A stretch of 64,000 bases of DNA from Okamejei kenojei (Eukaryota). The notes under the pieces are model-generated. The model did not search any database. It had not been told where the DNA came from and saw nothing but the letters and a program-made list of their open reading frames with translations. Positions 11,330 through 24,964 of the stretch are shown here, piece by piece. Positions within the stretch are counted from its first letter, which is position 1; each line of letters begins with the position of its first letter. Location: assembly GCA_035221665.1 (NCBI GenBank), contig CM069161.1, positions 15,872,001 through 15,936,000 of the forward strand. Reading direction: 5' to 3'. The position numbers and the translations under genes are program-made.

Positions 11330-11632
11330 TGGCCCTGTCCCACGGTACGAGTTCATTCCAAGAGCTCTCCTGAGTTAAAAAAAAATCAAACTCGTGGTAA
11401 GCATGGAGAATGAATGTAGCGGGTATGTTGGAGCTCGAGGACGTCTCTTAGCGGCTCGTAAGGCTAACGGCAGGTAAACACCGGAAGACTCGTGAAGATG
11501 TTTCAACATGTTGAAAAATGTCCACGAGAGCCCCGAGTACCGACGAGCGGCCATTACCGTAAATCTCCGAGTTCGAATCAGGGCAAACTCAGGAGAGCTC
11601 TTGGAATGAACTCGTACCGTGGGACAGGGCCG
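11330..11632. mobile_element. PIF/Harbinger-type MITE (303 bp)
   Basis: Perfect 46-bp TIRs (11331-11376 / 11586-11631, GGCCCTGTCCCACGGTACGAG...) and TTA TSD on both sides. Inserted in a Rex1-like 3'UTR. Confidence 0.88.
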
Positions 11633-14600
11633 TTAGTTTTTCAATCAAATCACATAATACTATACGTTAAGGCAATCAAGCCAAGCTAGGTACATTAGGT
11701 AGAGTGGATGGAAAGATACAGAGTGCAGAATATAGTTCTCAGCATTACAGGGCAGCTGTTCTAGTTTTACACGTACAAAATATGAAGATATGAATAAGTT
11801 TATTGGCCAAGTATGTACACATACAAGGAATACAAGGAAACGAGTAAGGCGATTCGATCCTCTTCTGGGGCCAGAACGCAAAGAGTCACCACCCTCGGGC
11901 GCCATTTTAGGCATCTATTTAAATGCCTCTTAAACATAGTATCTAATTTTACCACCATCTCTGGCATCATGTACCGGATACCAACCACTCCCTGAGTACA
12001 ATAAATTACCCCTCAGATATTCTTTAAAAAGCCTGGTTCACCTTAAACCTTTGCATTCTTGTTTTCGATAATACTACCATGAGATAACAATTTTGACTAA
12101 CTACCCGAACTATGAAGCTTATTTACGTCTCCTGAAAGCAGTCAGAAACTAACCCGTCGCCCAAATGTCTACTGCCTCTTAGCTGAACTATTCCTGAATT
12201 TAGAAGCTATACAGTTTTCAAGCAGAATTTAAACAAATTAGTGCAAACGCGGACTGGATTACTTCATCATTCCTGTAATTCTTAAGCTGATAGAGTGCAC
12301 AAATCTGCCGCAGATATTTGATTCTGGTCAGTAAACATTGGTGGAATCTGGGGGAGAGTGGGCAGGACAGAGTTACAAGGGCAGCTGCACATTCCGATGC
12401 CTCGTGCTTCAGCTAACCACAGTACCGCCCTCTGCTGGCATAACTTAATATTGAGCCCAACCATAGAAACATAGAAACATAGAAAATAGGTGCAGGAGGA
12501 GGCCATTCGGCCCTTCGAGCCAGCGCCGTCATTCAATATAATCATGGCTGATCGGTTGGAACCAGTTGGAATTATGGGCACACAAAATGCTGGAGAAACT
12601 CAGTGGGTGCAGCAGCATCTACGGAGCGAAGGAGATAGGCAACGTTTCGGGCCGAAACCCTTCTTCAGACTCAGTTGGAATTATGTGTAGGAAGGAACTT
12701 CAGATGCTGGTTTACACTGAAGATAGACACAAAGTGCTTGAGTAACTCAGCAAGACAGGCAGCATTTCTGGAGAGAAGCAATGGGTGACGTTTTGGGTCG
12801 AGACCTTTCTTCCGACTGTCTGCTCGGTTTTTCTCAATATAAAAAACCTTGACAAATCCAGAACATGCAACTGTTCCTACTTTCCATTGGGGTTAGACTC
12901 TAATCAATGAGACACCACCTGGAATAAGTTCTCATGTGTCCTGAATTTGGGAGCTGAAGATATGATTCCTTTGCCATTAATGCCAACTATGGAAGTGATG
13001 GTAAAATTGATGATGTTCTTGCAGATTTTACCATTTTAAGAACATTAAAAATTACCAAATGATTTTGAAATTGCAGATGTTCAAAATGTTTAAAGGCTGT
13101 ATAATTGCTTTGTGATTTAATGTGTTGCGTCTTCATTTGCAACCTGTGGTGCTGTTACACCAAGAACCATCACATTGCAAAGACCTTGGAATAGCCTTCT
13201 GATGCCCTCTGATGACAACCACTGTCATGTAATCTGCTGCACAAACATAGGGGGATGGGCTCGACGTTTCTCATCTCAAGGCTCATTGACTTGGATGTCA
13301 TCAACCTTGTTTTTTAAACAATTTAGTTTTAATTTTGACAGAAGTTTAAATTGGAAAAAGGTTGCACAACATTTCGAAGGTCTTGGCTCTGATGTCAATA
13401 CAATAAGGATCGTGATGGAACATCGAATGTGAAAATCTAGAAGAGACATTTAACTGGGTTTTATTGTCATATTGATCATTGAGAAAATACTGGGTTCATT
13501 CCATGTCCTCTCCACAGAAAATAAAAGGCTTTGGTGAAATATATAAATGGATAGTGCATGATGCAGTCAATTAACAAGTGAGTCATTAGTGTCATTAAAT
13601 GAAATGTCTGAAGCTCAACGGATGAGAGCTCTTAAAGATTTGTCCATTAAAGGCATAAGCACGACTGACAGAGCGAGTACAGTCTGTGTGGTTGCAAAAT
13701 ACCATGGGTAGGGAATGTGAAATATGTGTTCTCAAAAAGCCAAAAGTAGGTTGGGAAATAATTTATAATGTTCCATGGATTGAGAGCAGCCAATTTTAAA
13801 CTTGCTGGTTAAACTTAAAACTCACACAAAAGGTATTGGTTAATATTGAATCTCAGGGGTTTACTTATAAACGGTAGTATTTGTTCTGAAGAAGTGAGTC
13901 AGCGGTGCAAGCAGAAGCTTGATCGCAACGCCCAGTTATAGAGTCATACAACATGGAAACAGGCCCTTCGGCCCAAATTGCCCACAATGACCAAGATGCC
14001 CCGTCTACACTAGTCCCATCTGCGCGCATTTGACCCATATCCCTCTAAACCTTTCCTATCCATGGACCTATCGAAATGTCTTTTAAATGTTGTTTTAGCA
14101 ACAACTATGGTGAAATAGGCCCTTCAGCCACAAACTGCCCACAATTCCCACCTGTGCGCATTTGGCCCATATGCCTCTATACCTTTGCTATCCATGTACC
14201 TGCTTAATTGTCTTGTAATTGTTGCTATAGCAACAACTGAGAAACTATGGCGAGTGAGTGAATCTCCCCAGCATTACCTGACACCTACAACACTCCTTTC
14301 CAAACATTTGCCGTGGACATGATGGGCTGAATGGCCTACGTCTGGCATAGGAAGTACATCACTTTTGAGAAACCAAATCTCACTTTCTCTGATAAAGACA
14401 CTAAGTGCTGGAGTAACTCAGCGGGTCATTCGGGAACATGAATAGATAAGGTTCGGTAAAAAATATCCATAGTGTGTAGAATAGTGTTAGTGCATGTCGC
14501 TGGTCAGCATTTACTCATGGGTTGAAGGGCCTGCTTTCGTGCTGTATCTCCAAACTCAACTGAACAGACAAAATACGATACCATTGTCAATTTGGCTCCA

Positions 14601-17600
14601 GAGAGGTCTTGCATTCCAAGGGGCAGAGAAGTACCCCAACAGTCTCAGTCATCTGTCATTCAGGGCTGAAAGAACTGCATATCATCTGGGTCATCCCTGC
14701 TGGGCTGAACTCAGGCCCTTTATAATATAAGATCAGAAGAAAACAACACACTCACATTGGTCTTTCAAATCCTCTGGACTTTCCAAAGTATCTCCCAGCT
14801 AGTGAAATCATTTCTGACAATAGGCAGAGCTGTAGCTCAGGAAATTAGTAGTCAAATTACTCACAGCAGGGTCCTGTAAACGGCAGTAACATGAATTCCA
14901 TTAACTATGTTGGTTGGATTGGCCACTAATACACCATGCTCTGCTAACCTAAATAAAATCATGAGGTGATTTTCATTTAGCTCAATGCAACCTAGACAAG
15001 GTCACGTGTCTGCAGCCTGAAATCTGAAATGTGGCTCAAGCCCTTGATCTTCTGATTCAAGTGAATGAGCAAGTCTGAATTAAGGCAATTGCCAACTAAT
15101 ATCCCAAATTTTACCTAATCCAATTCAACCAGCTTTCTAATCAGAAGGTAAAAGCTTGAAGCCAAGGTTTACATTTTGGTTGGAAACTCCTCCTGCGCTT
15201 GGAACATTTGACAGTTCCATATTAGGCACCTAGCTGAAGACGAGCAGAGCAATCAGCGTCCCACCGCATTTCTGGCCAATGTTCAACACTCGGACCCATC
15301 AAACCAGGACCTGGAGTTGGTGCCAGTCACAGCATGATCTTTTCGTTTCATCTGGAAGAGGGCAGGTACTGAGGAGAATGCAAAGAAAAAATGCCAAAGA
15401 AAACTAAATCTGCATAACGTATTCAGCGCAGAATGTTGGAGAGAAGAAATCTCAGGAGATCGAGTCTCAAGTGGTGTAAGGAGATCAGAATCACATGCTG
15501 ATGTGTTGGCAGAGCAGCGGGCTTGTGGCATATCAACGGGGTCTTTCTCATCTGCAATAAAGGGTAAATACTTGCTAAGAGTTAATCAGTGGTGGAGCTG
15601 GTGAGAGGGAATAAGAAACCAAGTTAACAGCAGAGGGAATGTGTATTCAACATTCAGAGGCATTTTATATCAACACCTGCCAAGAGAAACAAGGACAGAA
15701 TTCCCAAGCAAAGAATGATGCTCAAAGCTGGTATAGGTAACGAGGCAATTCCTCTGTTGATCTTAACCTCGCACTGACGGGCTCTTTTCACAGTGTTGTC
15801 CACTCACATTTTCGTCAAAGTAGTCAATGGTAGGAAATGTGGCAGATATGGAGGACTGTGGTTTTGTGCGTGCTACATTGCAGTTTCATGAGAAAATCGA
15901 TTGGGGAGCATGTTTTACTATGGCTAGCTTGAAGTTTGAGAATTTGCTCTCTGCATGTGACAAACCTTTATGTAGTGATGCCCAAATATTGTCTGTGATT
16001 ACTATGTTTCGCATTATGTGCTCATGTAGAAGTGAGGTTCAACCAAAAATATAAAACCTATTTCACTGAGATTTAAAGGGGACCCATTTAAGCACACTGG
16101 GTTTCGACATTGGGAACTGGCTGCAGGTATATGCTCTATAAGGTTAAATATTTACCAATTGTTGAAGATAAGAAGAACTTATTTGAGATCACAAGCTCAT
16201 TGCTCCATTAACACAGCTGAAATGTGATTCTGATCTCCCGACACCATCACTGCGACCATTCATGCCCAGAACATGACTTGAGAATCTATCTCCCCCATCC
16301 ATTGATGCCCTGACTCTTCTCTCTTCTATTCTACTCCCCTGCTCCTAACTGTACCCACCTCGACCCATGACCCAACGTGATGGTGAATCATTATTTCTTG
16401 TCTGTTGCTCACACCAACGTGGAAAATGGTGTGTAAAGCATTAAATGTTCGAAGCCTATTCTCTTTCTCATGATCCTTGGGCCCCGTACACAGCGGAGCT
16501 TTACAGACCCTTGCACATGACACAGATTGTGCCGAATGCATACTAATACGTTTCACTGCTGAAGCGGGAGCTGTAGATGCTTATTTACCAAAAAGATACA
16601 TTGCTGGAGTGACTCAGCGAGTTAAGAACATCACCTATCCATGTTCTCCTGGGATGCTGCCTGACCTACAGAGTTACTCCAGCACTTTATGTCTTTTGTA
16701 ATATGTTTAATTGCCTGCTTAGCACATCTCTTCAACACTGTAGAACTTCTGAATAACACCTGGGTCTGTCCGATACAATTATATACAACAAACAGAAATG
16801 CTTCAGCATATTTTGCTCATTAGAGGCATAAAAAACTGCAGATGCTGGAATTTGAACAAAAAAAAAACAAAAACCAACGGGGGAGCTCCGTGGGTCAAGC
16901 AGCATTTGTGGAGGTAGAAGAATAGTCAACATTTTGGACTGAGACTCCGCTCAGAGTATTCTGTTCATTGACCCGTGTCTCAGAATTTCCAGATTTCACA
17001 ATGCTTTTTCAACTTTTCCATACTTCTTAAAGGTTACTTAAAAGAGTGACTCTCCCAACATTACTTGTGCAACTGTTCCAGTGCCGAGCTCCTTCAGATT
17101 CTGCACGGTGACAGCCAGCTTTAGAGCAGTGAGCATCTCCTGCAGGGAAAATTTCCACGGGCCAACGGAACATTTTTTAAAATGTTTGTGTTTGGCGATC
17201 AATGCTCTTGTAAATGAAGAATTCTAAATGAGTTTGCTGATTCTGACACACTTCTGACTCTTGACTGAAGAAGGGTCTCGACCTGAAACGTCACCTATTC
17301 CTTTTCTTCAGAGATGCTGCCTGTCCTGCTGAGTTACTCCAGCATTTTGTGTCTATCTTCAGTGCAAACCAGCATCTGCAGTTGCTTCCTACACAATTCT
17401 GAATCTCTCTCTCTCTCTCTCTCACACACACAGACACACCCAGGAATGACTTCTAACTGGGATCCCGACTCCTCTCACTCAGCACAGGCGATGCTGTGGC
17501 CATTGGTAACGTTGCACTGCCGGGTATCAAAATTCCCAAATTGGCTCTCTGCTTTATTTTGTTCCTCTGCGTCTTTCACCAGAGTTCTGCTGGCATTTCA

Positions 17601-18068
17601 TCCACACCATAATGAGCAGTTTTCCACATTTCACTCACAACGCGAGGGAAATTCTCCGGGAAGTTTTCGGCAAAACAGACTCTTGCTAATAGCAGTAAAA
17701 TACAGAAGAATGCTCAGTCTGTTCAAACTTTCCAGTCACTTGCACTCTGTTGATGTGGTATTTTGGCCGTTGTCCTAGCAACAGTATGCCAAACCCCCCC
17801 CTCCTACCATTGATGTTATCTGCGGATGAATCATGAGATTAAAAACAAAAGTCCTGGAGACGCTACCAATTTAGTGTTGAATGCCAAGGCTGTTCCAGGG
17901 AACTGATGTGTCCTCACACATTTCCACCTTTCCTAGCACTAGCAGGGCAAGCCCTGATATTTGCTTGACCATCGCACTGCATCATTACATAATGAGAACG
18001 GTCCTAATCCAAAACATCGACGTCCATTCCCTCCACAGATGCTGCCTGACCTGACCTGAGGGTGGTCC

Positions 18069-18520
18069 ACGGCACGGCGGTAGAGTTGCTGCCTTACAGT
18101 GCCAGAGACCCGGGTTTGATCCTGACTATCGGTGCTGTCTGTACGGAGTTTGTACGTTCTCCCTGTGACCACGTGGGCTTTCTCCGGGAGGTCCGGTTTC
18201 CTCCCACACTCCAAAGACGTACAGGTTTGAAGGGTAATCGGCTTTGGTAAGTTGTAAAAATTGTCTTTGGTGTGTGTAGGTTAGTATACATAGACAATAG
18301 GTGCAGGAGTAGGCCAATCGGCCCTTCGAGCTAGCAACGCCATTCAATATGATCATGGCTGATCATCCACAATCAAAACCCCGTTCCGGCTTTTTCCCCA
18401 TAACCCTTGATTCTGTTAGCCATAAGAGCTAAATCTAATTGTTGATATGGTGATCAATGGTCGGTGGGGACTCAGTGGGCCGAAGGGCCTGTTTCCGCGC
18501 TGTATCTCTAAAGTCTAAAG
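18069..18520 (+). mobile_element. V-SINE interrupted by an antisense CR1 3' end (~18291-18436), itself inserted into a Penelope-derived arm (~17995-18570)
   Basis: SINE head and V-domain resume after the CR1 fragment. The arm sequence GCTGCCTGACCTG...CTGAGTT is split around the SINE. Confidence 0.8.
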
Positions 18521-19825
18521 ACCTGCTGAGTTCCACCAGCACTCCAGTTTCTGCAGTTCTTTGTGTGTCTCCATCGCAACATGGGATCCAGCTGTGCTCA
18601 AATCCCTCCACGACTTTCACCCTCTCTTCTTCTGTAACATTTCCCGTTGTACAATTCCCCAGGATTTTCACTGTCCTCCAGCCCTGTGTGTGTCCGATCT
18701 CTTTGCCCAATTAGTGTTGGGAGTACCTTGGATTGATCAGGACCTATGGTTTGGAGTTCCCTCTTTAAACCTAGCTGCCTCTAAGGTTCTTTAGCAACTT
18801 GTCAGTTTCTTTGTTGAACTAAATTAAGGCGCATGTTGCAATCAAAAGCGCTTGAACAAGGGGTTGGGAAGAACAATGGGCCTCTATCCATCTCAACGTT
18901 CTTGCAAGAAATGACTGAGAACCCAAGTCTTTGAACAAGCCACTTATTTGAATATCTCTTTATGTAACTTGTTATTAGTTTAGCCTGTTCATACCCATGT
19001 TGTGCACCTTGAGACACCTTTTATTTTTAATGGTTCAGTGTTAATGCACGTTGCTGTTGCCTCGATAGAGGATCAGGCGATCGCAACTCTTTTAATCCTT
19101 CCTTATCCGGAGGCAGAGATTTATTGTCCCTGGGAAGACATCTTGCAGATGAGATAAGCTCAGGGTGCGTCTCAGTACCTGGCCATCGCTCAGTGATATA
19201 ATCACCAGGCTGCACATAAACATGAAGAGGGGCTGGAGCACTTGGCAACATTGTGAATGGCTTCATGAAATGTCCTGTTGTTCAGTCAGAACATGTAACG
19301 TTAGAAGATAATATCTGGGGGATATCTCAGCACGTTGCTGTGCACTGGTTCTGGATGAGTCAATATTTTGCACCATTTGATTGTATGAATAGAGCCTTTG
19401 GAATCCTTACTGAGTACTTTCATCTCTAAACTCTGCAGTATTCAGAATTAGGTCTCCAAAATAAATCTTGTTTTTTTCTGTGAGGTCTTGAGGAAGGACA
19501 ATGATAGAAATAAAACTCTTTGTATTTATAATTTCAATATCAAATTCTTGCAAATGTTCTCACAGTGATAGTCCATTGAAGTTGTCTGACTGCCTTCATA
19601 ATCCTCAATGGTGTTTCATTGTCATGTGTGCACTGTACAGTGAGATTCTTTTAGCATAGATCACACATGCATGAGCCACCATAGTTTGGCGCCATTTACC
19701 AAAAATTCAAAGTCCGGTCCTTGCGCTCGATGTACTGGAGCAGCTCCCGAACCAGATAAGCCCCAGGCCATCCTCCTTGACCTCGACCGGCTCGGCCTGC
19801 AAACCGATATCCCTCTACTCACCCA

Positions 19826-20205
19826 ACAGGGGCGACCTCATTGAAACTTACAGAATAATGCAAGGCATTGATAGAGTGAATGTGGAAAGGATGTTTCCAC
19901 TGGTGGGAGAGTCTAGGACCAGAGGTCATAGCCTCAGAATTAAAGGGCACTCTTTTAGAAAGGAGGTGAGGAGGAACTTCTTTAGGCAGAGGGTAGTTGA
20001 TCTGTGGAACTCATTGTCAGAGGACTGTGGAGGCCGAGTCAGTGGATATTTTTAAGGCAGGGATGGATAAATTTTTCATTAGAACAGGTGTCAAGGGTTA
20101 TGGGGAGAAGGAAGGAAAATGGGATTAGGGAGCAGAAATCAGCGAAGTAGTCTCGATGGGCTGACTGGCCTAATTCTACTCCTATAACTTGTGAACTTGT
20201 GACTG
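19826..20205 (+). mobile_element. CR1 LINE 3' fragment
   Basis: RGDLIETYRIMQGIDRV...SRTRGHSLRIKG...NFFRQRVVDLWNSL; short tandem tail. Confidence 0.88.
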
Positions 20206-20843
20206 TCTTTGCATCCTGGGAGCTCCTCTGCAGCCGACCTCGAAGGCACTGGAGGCAATCCCCCAGTCCCTGTTCTACCGGCCCATTACTCAAGTCCATT
20301 GTCACCAGCAGCTCCCTTCTCCTCAGCTCTCCGGTCTTCAGGGCTGAGCTTATCCACTAGGATAAGGAACAACTTAATCCCATGTGTGACACTTTGCAAA
20401 GAAGGCCACACAGTTTTTGCTGCATCCATCCACACCAATACTGTTCAACTCATCCTCCGTAACAAATGGGGGAATTAAAATTCTCCCCTCGAAATTAAAC
20501 TTGCTGTTTCCATGGACACACCAGATGGAAAAACTGAAACTTGAACCTTTTGACCATATAGGGCAGATCTTTGTAGGACTGAGTACTTGTTGATAATAAG
20601 CACAGCAATATATAGCCTGATTCAGTGCCCTTGCCAACATTCCTGATTTTAACGAGTTGTTTGCATTAATTGATGCAGCATTCTGTGGGGGAGGGGGAAT
20701 CCCTGATATTGAAGCAACGGTATAAAATCAGCTAATTACTCCAGAAGTCACAAAACATTAGTAGAATGGTGTTTATTCCACAGACTAAATTAAAGATAAC
20801 GAAGTTGCCATTTTGCACTTATACCTTTTGCATTCTTCATTTT

Positions 20844-21137
20844 TAGTTTAGTTTCGTTTCGAGATACATCGCTGAAATAGGCCCTTCAGCCCACCGAGTC
20901 CGCACCAACCTGCGATCCCAACACATTAACACTATTCTACACACACTAGGGACAATTTCCACTTTTACCAAAGCCTATTAACCTACAAACCTGTACATCT
21001 TTTAATGCAGGAGGAAACCAGAGCTCCCAGGGTAAACCCACGCAGGTCATGGGGAGAACGTGCAAACTCTGTACGGACAGCGCCCATAGTCAGGGTCGAA
21101 CCTGGGCCTCTGGTGCTGTTGTTTACCGCTGCACCAT
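20844..21137 (-). mobile_element. V-SINE (HE1-like)
   Basis: Reverse complement of 8516-8831, with a (CTAAA)-type tail. Confidence 0.85.
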
Positions 21138-21765
21138 GACCTCTCAGCTTGGTGGGAATGCCCCGCCCAATAAGATAGCTGCAACTTGAGTAAAAGAACA
21201 TCAGATCCACTTGAAGTCTGTGTCACTGACCGCAGACCACAGGAATATTCGACGTGCATCCACCACAGAGCACATATCTGTCTGTAGTTACACCGTTATC
21301 TCCAAGGTTTTTGTTTGCATTGGATTAATAGCTGGTGGTCTTTACTATGTTTCCTCCAACAGGTGGTCTGACAACAGCACTGGGGCCCATCAAACCCTGG
21401 CAGTGAATCGTGGAGATGAGGAATGCAAAGTCCAAGTCCTTTATGGACATTTTCTTTCTCCGAAATGCCGGTGTTTATAGAGCAGAGCCTCTCAAGACCC
21501 CAAACCCACCCACTGAGATGAATCATGAGTGAAAGATGAGCAGTACTAGGGCGGGGCTCGGATTCCCACAAGAGGGAGCAAAAATAGAAATGTTAGAAAT
21601 ATTTCCTCGGTCACTTTGAGTCAAAGCTGATTTTAAAGAGACAGAATTTTGAGGCCAGAGTACGACTATAACTCACAGCCGCTGCTTGGCGATGACTGTC
21701 TTAAAGCGCATAGTACTATGTGCTCAGGAATAATTGGTTGGTCCTTGTGAGGAGTAAGTCAGCGT

Positions 21766-22071
21766 GGGTGGCACAGCGGGGGAGTTGCTGCCCGACAGCT
21801 CAGTAACTGCCTGACAGCGCTTGCAGTCCGAGACCCGGGTTCGATCCTGACTACAGGTGCTCTCTGGACGGTTTTTACGTTCTCCCCGTGACTGTGTGGG
21901 TTTTCTTCGGTTTCTTCCCACATTCCAAAGACGTACATGTTTGTAGGTTAATTAGCTTGGGATATGTGTAAATTGCTCCTAGTGTGTGTAGGATAGCAGG
22001 ACTCACTGGACGGTGCGGACTGGATGGGTCGAAGGGCCTGTTACCGCGCTGTATCTCTAAATTAAACTAAA
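21766..22071 (+). mobile_element. V-SINE (HE1-like)
   Basis: B box GGTTCGATCC, V-domain and tail GCGCTGTATCTCTAAA. Confidence 0.85.
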
Positions 22072-23226
22072 GGTACGGGACTCCCTTAATCTTCGGATTT
22101 CCATTGCACTTTCACATTTCCACACAGCACTGTTTTCTTTCAAGTGTCTGGTCTTCACCCCTGCTGGGGCAACCAAAAAGTGTTTGTTTCATTTGGAATA
22201 CCACACAGTAGACCCACAGGCCATGAGAGAAATATGCAGGCCCAAACATAGTCCTCAAATATAATGCAGTTATGTCTTTGGATGTTGTCGGCAGCCACAA
22301 GCCCAGTCAAACCCATTGACTTTTTCTTCTTATCAATGTGTCTCAGTTTGCTATCCTCTGACATTTCTTGCCCAAGTGTACACACTTGATCACACACCTC
22401 CAACTTGGATTGTGTTGTGTTAATCTACCACCACGTGAAATATGTCAAGGAAATGAAATTCTTCTTTGAAAGAAAAACACTGGGGTTTACACCTCCCTTC
22501 ATATTAATAACTTGGTTGGAAAAACAAAATCACATTTTCAGAAATGCCAAGGACTGGAGGGAAATGGGCAATCCGGGGTGGAAGGAGTTGCCCGGAGCCC
22601 ATCTAAACCTACCTCCATCAATTAACTTCGAGCTGTATCCAGGGAGTGGATACTGAGCAGTTATCCTGGCCTGAGTTCGATGACCACACTGTTGCAGGTT
22701 TACAAGGTTGTTTTCACGCACATCATTTAGCTGTAAATATCCTCCACTCACTGTATTGTTTTCTGGAGAAATTGCCTCGGTCTTATTTGGAGAAGTTGCT
22801 TCCATTTCTCTTTTCCCAATCCGAAATTCGATTCTGCTTTTAACTACATTGACTTTGATGTACAACTACAAGTTCTCTAAGTCACATGTCCTCTCCCACC
22901 TCAAATACATTGATGTGGTGTGGTCAACATATATATACAGTATATATATAGTTCATGAAAAATATGCGCTGAAGGACGGGGCTTCACCCTCACTAGAGGC
23001 TCAGTGGTCTGTAGGAATATACTCTTATGTGCTTCAGTTTCATGCAATGTCATATTCTGGGTATCAGGCCATTACTAATACAGGGAATAATAAAAAGTAA
23101 ACCTCTTTTCCCAGGTTGGCTTCAGTGAGAAATTCATATTTTTTTGGATACATTCAGAGATCTTAACATTATCGGTGCTTTCTACATCTACCACACACAT
23201 TTACAAAGCATCTGCACAGAGTAAGA

Positions 23227-23660
23227 ACTATAAGGAGAGGTTGGACAATCTTGGATTGTTTTCCCTGCAACTTCAGAGGTTGAGGGGGAGACCTGAGAGA
23301 AGTAAATACAATTACACAAGGCATGGATAGGATCGACAGTCAGAATCTTTTTTTTCCCAGGGTGGAAATGTCAAAGACTGGAGTGCATAGCATCATGATC
23401 AGAGGGGGGAAAGTTTAAAGGAGATGTATAAGGCAAGTGTCTTTACACAGAGAGTGGTGTGTGTGTGTTTGGAACGCGTTGCCAGGAGTGGTGGTGAAAG
23501 CAGATACGACAGCGGCATTTAAGAGGATTTTAGATATGCAGGGAATAGAGGGATATGGATCACGTGCAGGCAGAGGAGATTAATTCATCTTGGCATCATG
23601 TTCAACATGGGCATTGTGGGATGCAAGGCCTGCTCGTATGCGATACTGTTCTACGGTCCA
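23227..23660 (+). mobile_element. Degraded CR1 3' fragment
   Basis: Y-ERL--LGLFSL--RLRGDL-EV...FTQRVV--WNALP-VVV motifs with frameshifts. Confidence 0.8.
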
Positions 23661-24917
23661 ATAAAACACTGCAGGCTATTATAGAACTACAGCCTACTTT
23701 TACCATTCCCAGAATTCTATTTTTGTGGACGTAGTTTTAATTAAATGATCCAAAGGTTCAGAACATGAAGCAGAATTTGGCAAGTGGCTGATTTATCGTT
23801 TTAAAGTTGCATTTGGCTAATGTTTGTTTCAGGTACGTTTCTTTGATAAATTAATTGATCAGTGCACTAAACTGAAACTCGAAATTGTATTTGAACTTGA
23901 GGGGGAGCCGGAGAGGGGGAGCACCATCAGGAAGGAATGTTCCAAAACTGCCCGGTCCTTGCTGTATATCATGGTGCAATGGGTTGGCCTGGACACATGG
24001 CCAGCATCTGACACTTGGGGGAGATGTCTGGAGCAGCTGTTGGAGCAAGAGCTTCAGCAACTCCATTCATCAGATGACATTCCCATCTGACTAACGTTGG
24101 CTTTGAAATCACGATCCCACACAGTCACTCAATCTGCCAGGCTTAGCTCCATCATTACTGATGGCTGACACTCAGCCTCTGTGATGTGTTCTTTTTCTCT
24201 CTGCACGCAAGCAGCCAAGCGGGTCAAGGGAGGCTCAGCTGATGTGAGGGGCAGGATTGCTGCTCGCAAACCTCCCTTAACTATGGGGCCAAGTCCCCCG
24301 CTCAAGTTAAGTGGTTCAGGAAGGAGGACAACTCCAGTGGAAGGAACAATGAAAGTGTTATGGTTGTGGACGGGGAGGAGTTGGGGGGTGGGTGGAAGAG
24401 CATCTTTCCCGGTCATGCCGTGGGTGTAGGAAAAAGCCCTTGGATCAGGAAGTCCAGAGATTGCCTGTGAGAAGTCAATTCAATCCTTGTCCTCTTGGGC
24501 CAAGAAAACTTTCCAATATTTGTGAAAAGAAAAATCAACTCTCCTGGGCATTTTACTATTTACAAGTTGCCTGGCAATTCTTCCCACCAAAGTCTCAGTT
24601 AAAAATAACCAATGGGCCCTAACGATATCACTGGTGCCTGACTGACATTTACATCCTTAGTTGCCTAGCGTGAGGATCCATTGCATCTGTAAGTTAAACT
24701 GATCAGTTGCCAAAGGTGGCCAGGAATCAAATGTGTAAGTACAGTGAAACGGCCAAGAGTTCACTGGGTTAAGGGTTGTTCCCTTGTCTCTGAAAAGATT
24801 TGTCATTCCAATCAAAAACGCTAGTTGCAATAAACACGTCAAAAAGATTTTCATGAGATATATAGTTCACGACCCTGGTGGCTACAGGAATCAATCTGTC
24901 CTCCCATCTCCTAAGCT

Positions 24918-24964
24918 GGAATTGAGTCTGAAGAAGGGTCTCGACCCGAAACGTCACCCATTCC
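24918..24964 (+). ncRNA. Predicted minimal type-I hammerhead ribozyme motif
   Basis: ggaauugagu-CUGAAGA-A-GGGU(CUCG)ACCC-GAA-ACGU-C-acccauucc: conserved core, stem II, palindromic stem III and imperfect stem I. Confidence 0.65.

Noticed and set aside
23900-24430. GC-richer stretch with several overlapping 70-95 aa ORFs
   Set aside because: No recognisable protein motif or consistent splice signals; cannot be supported as a gene.
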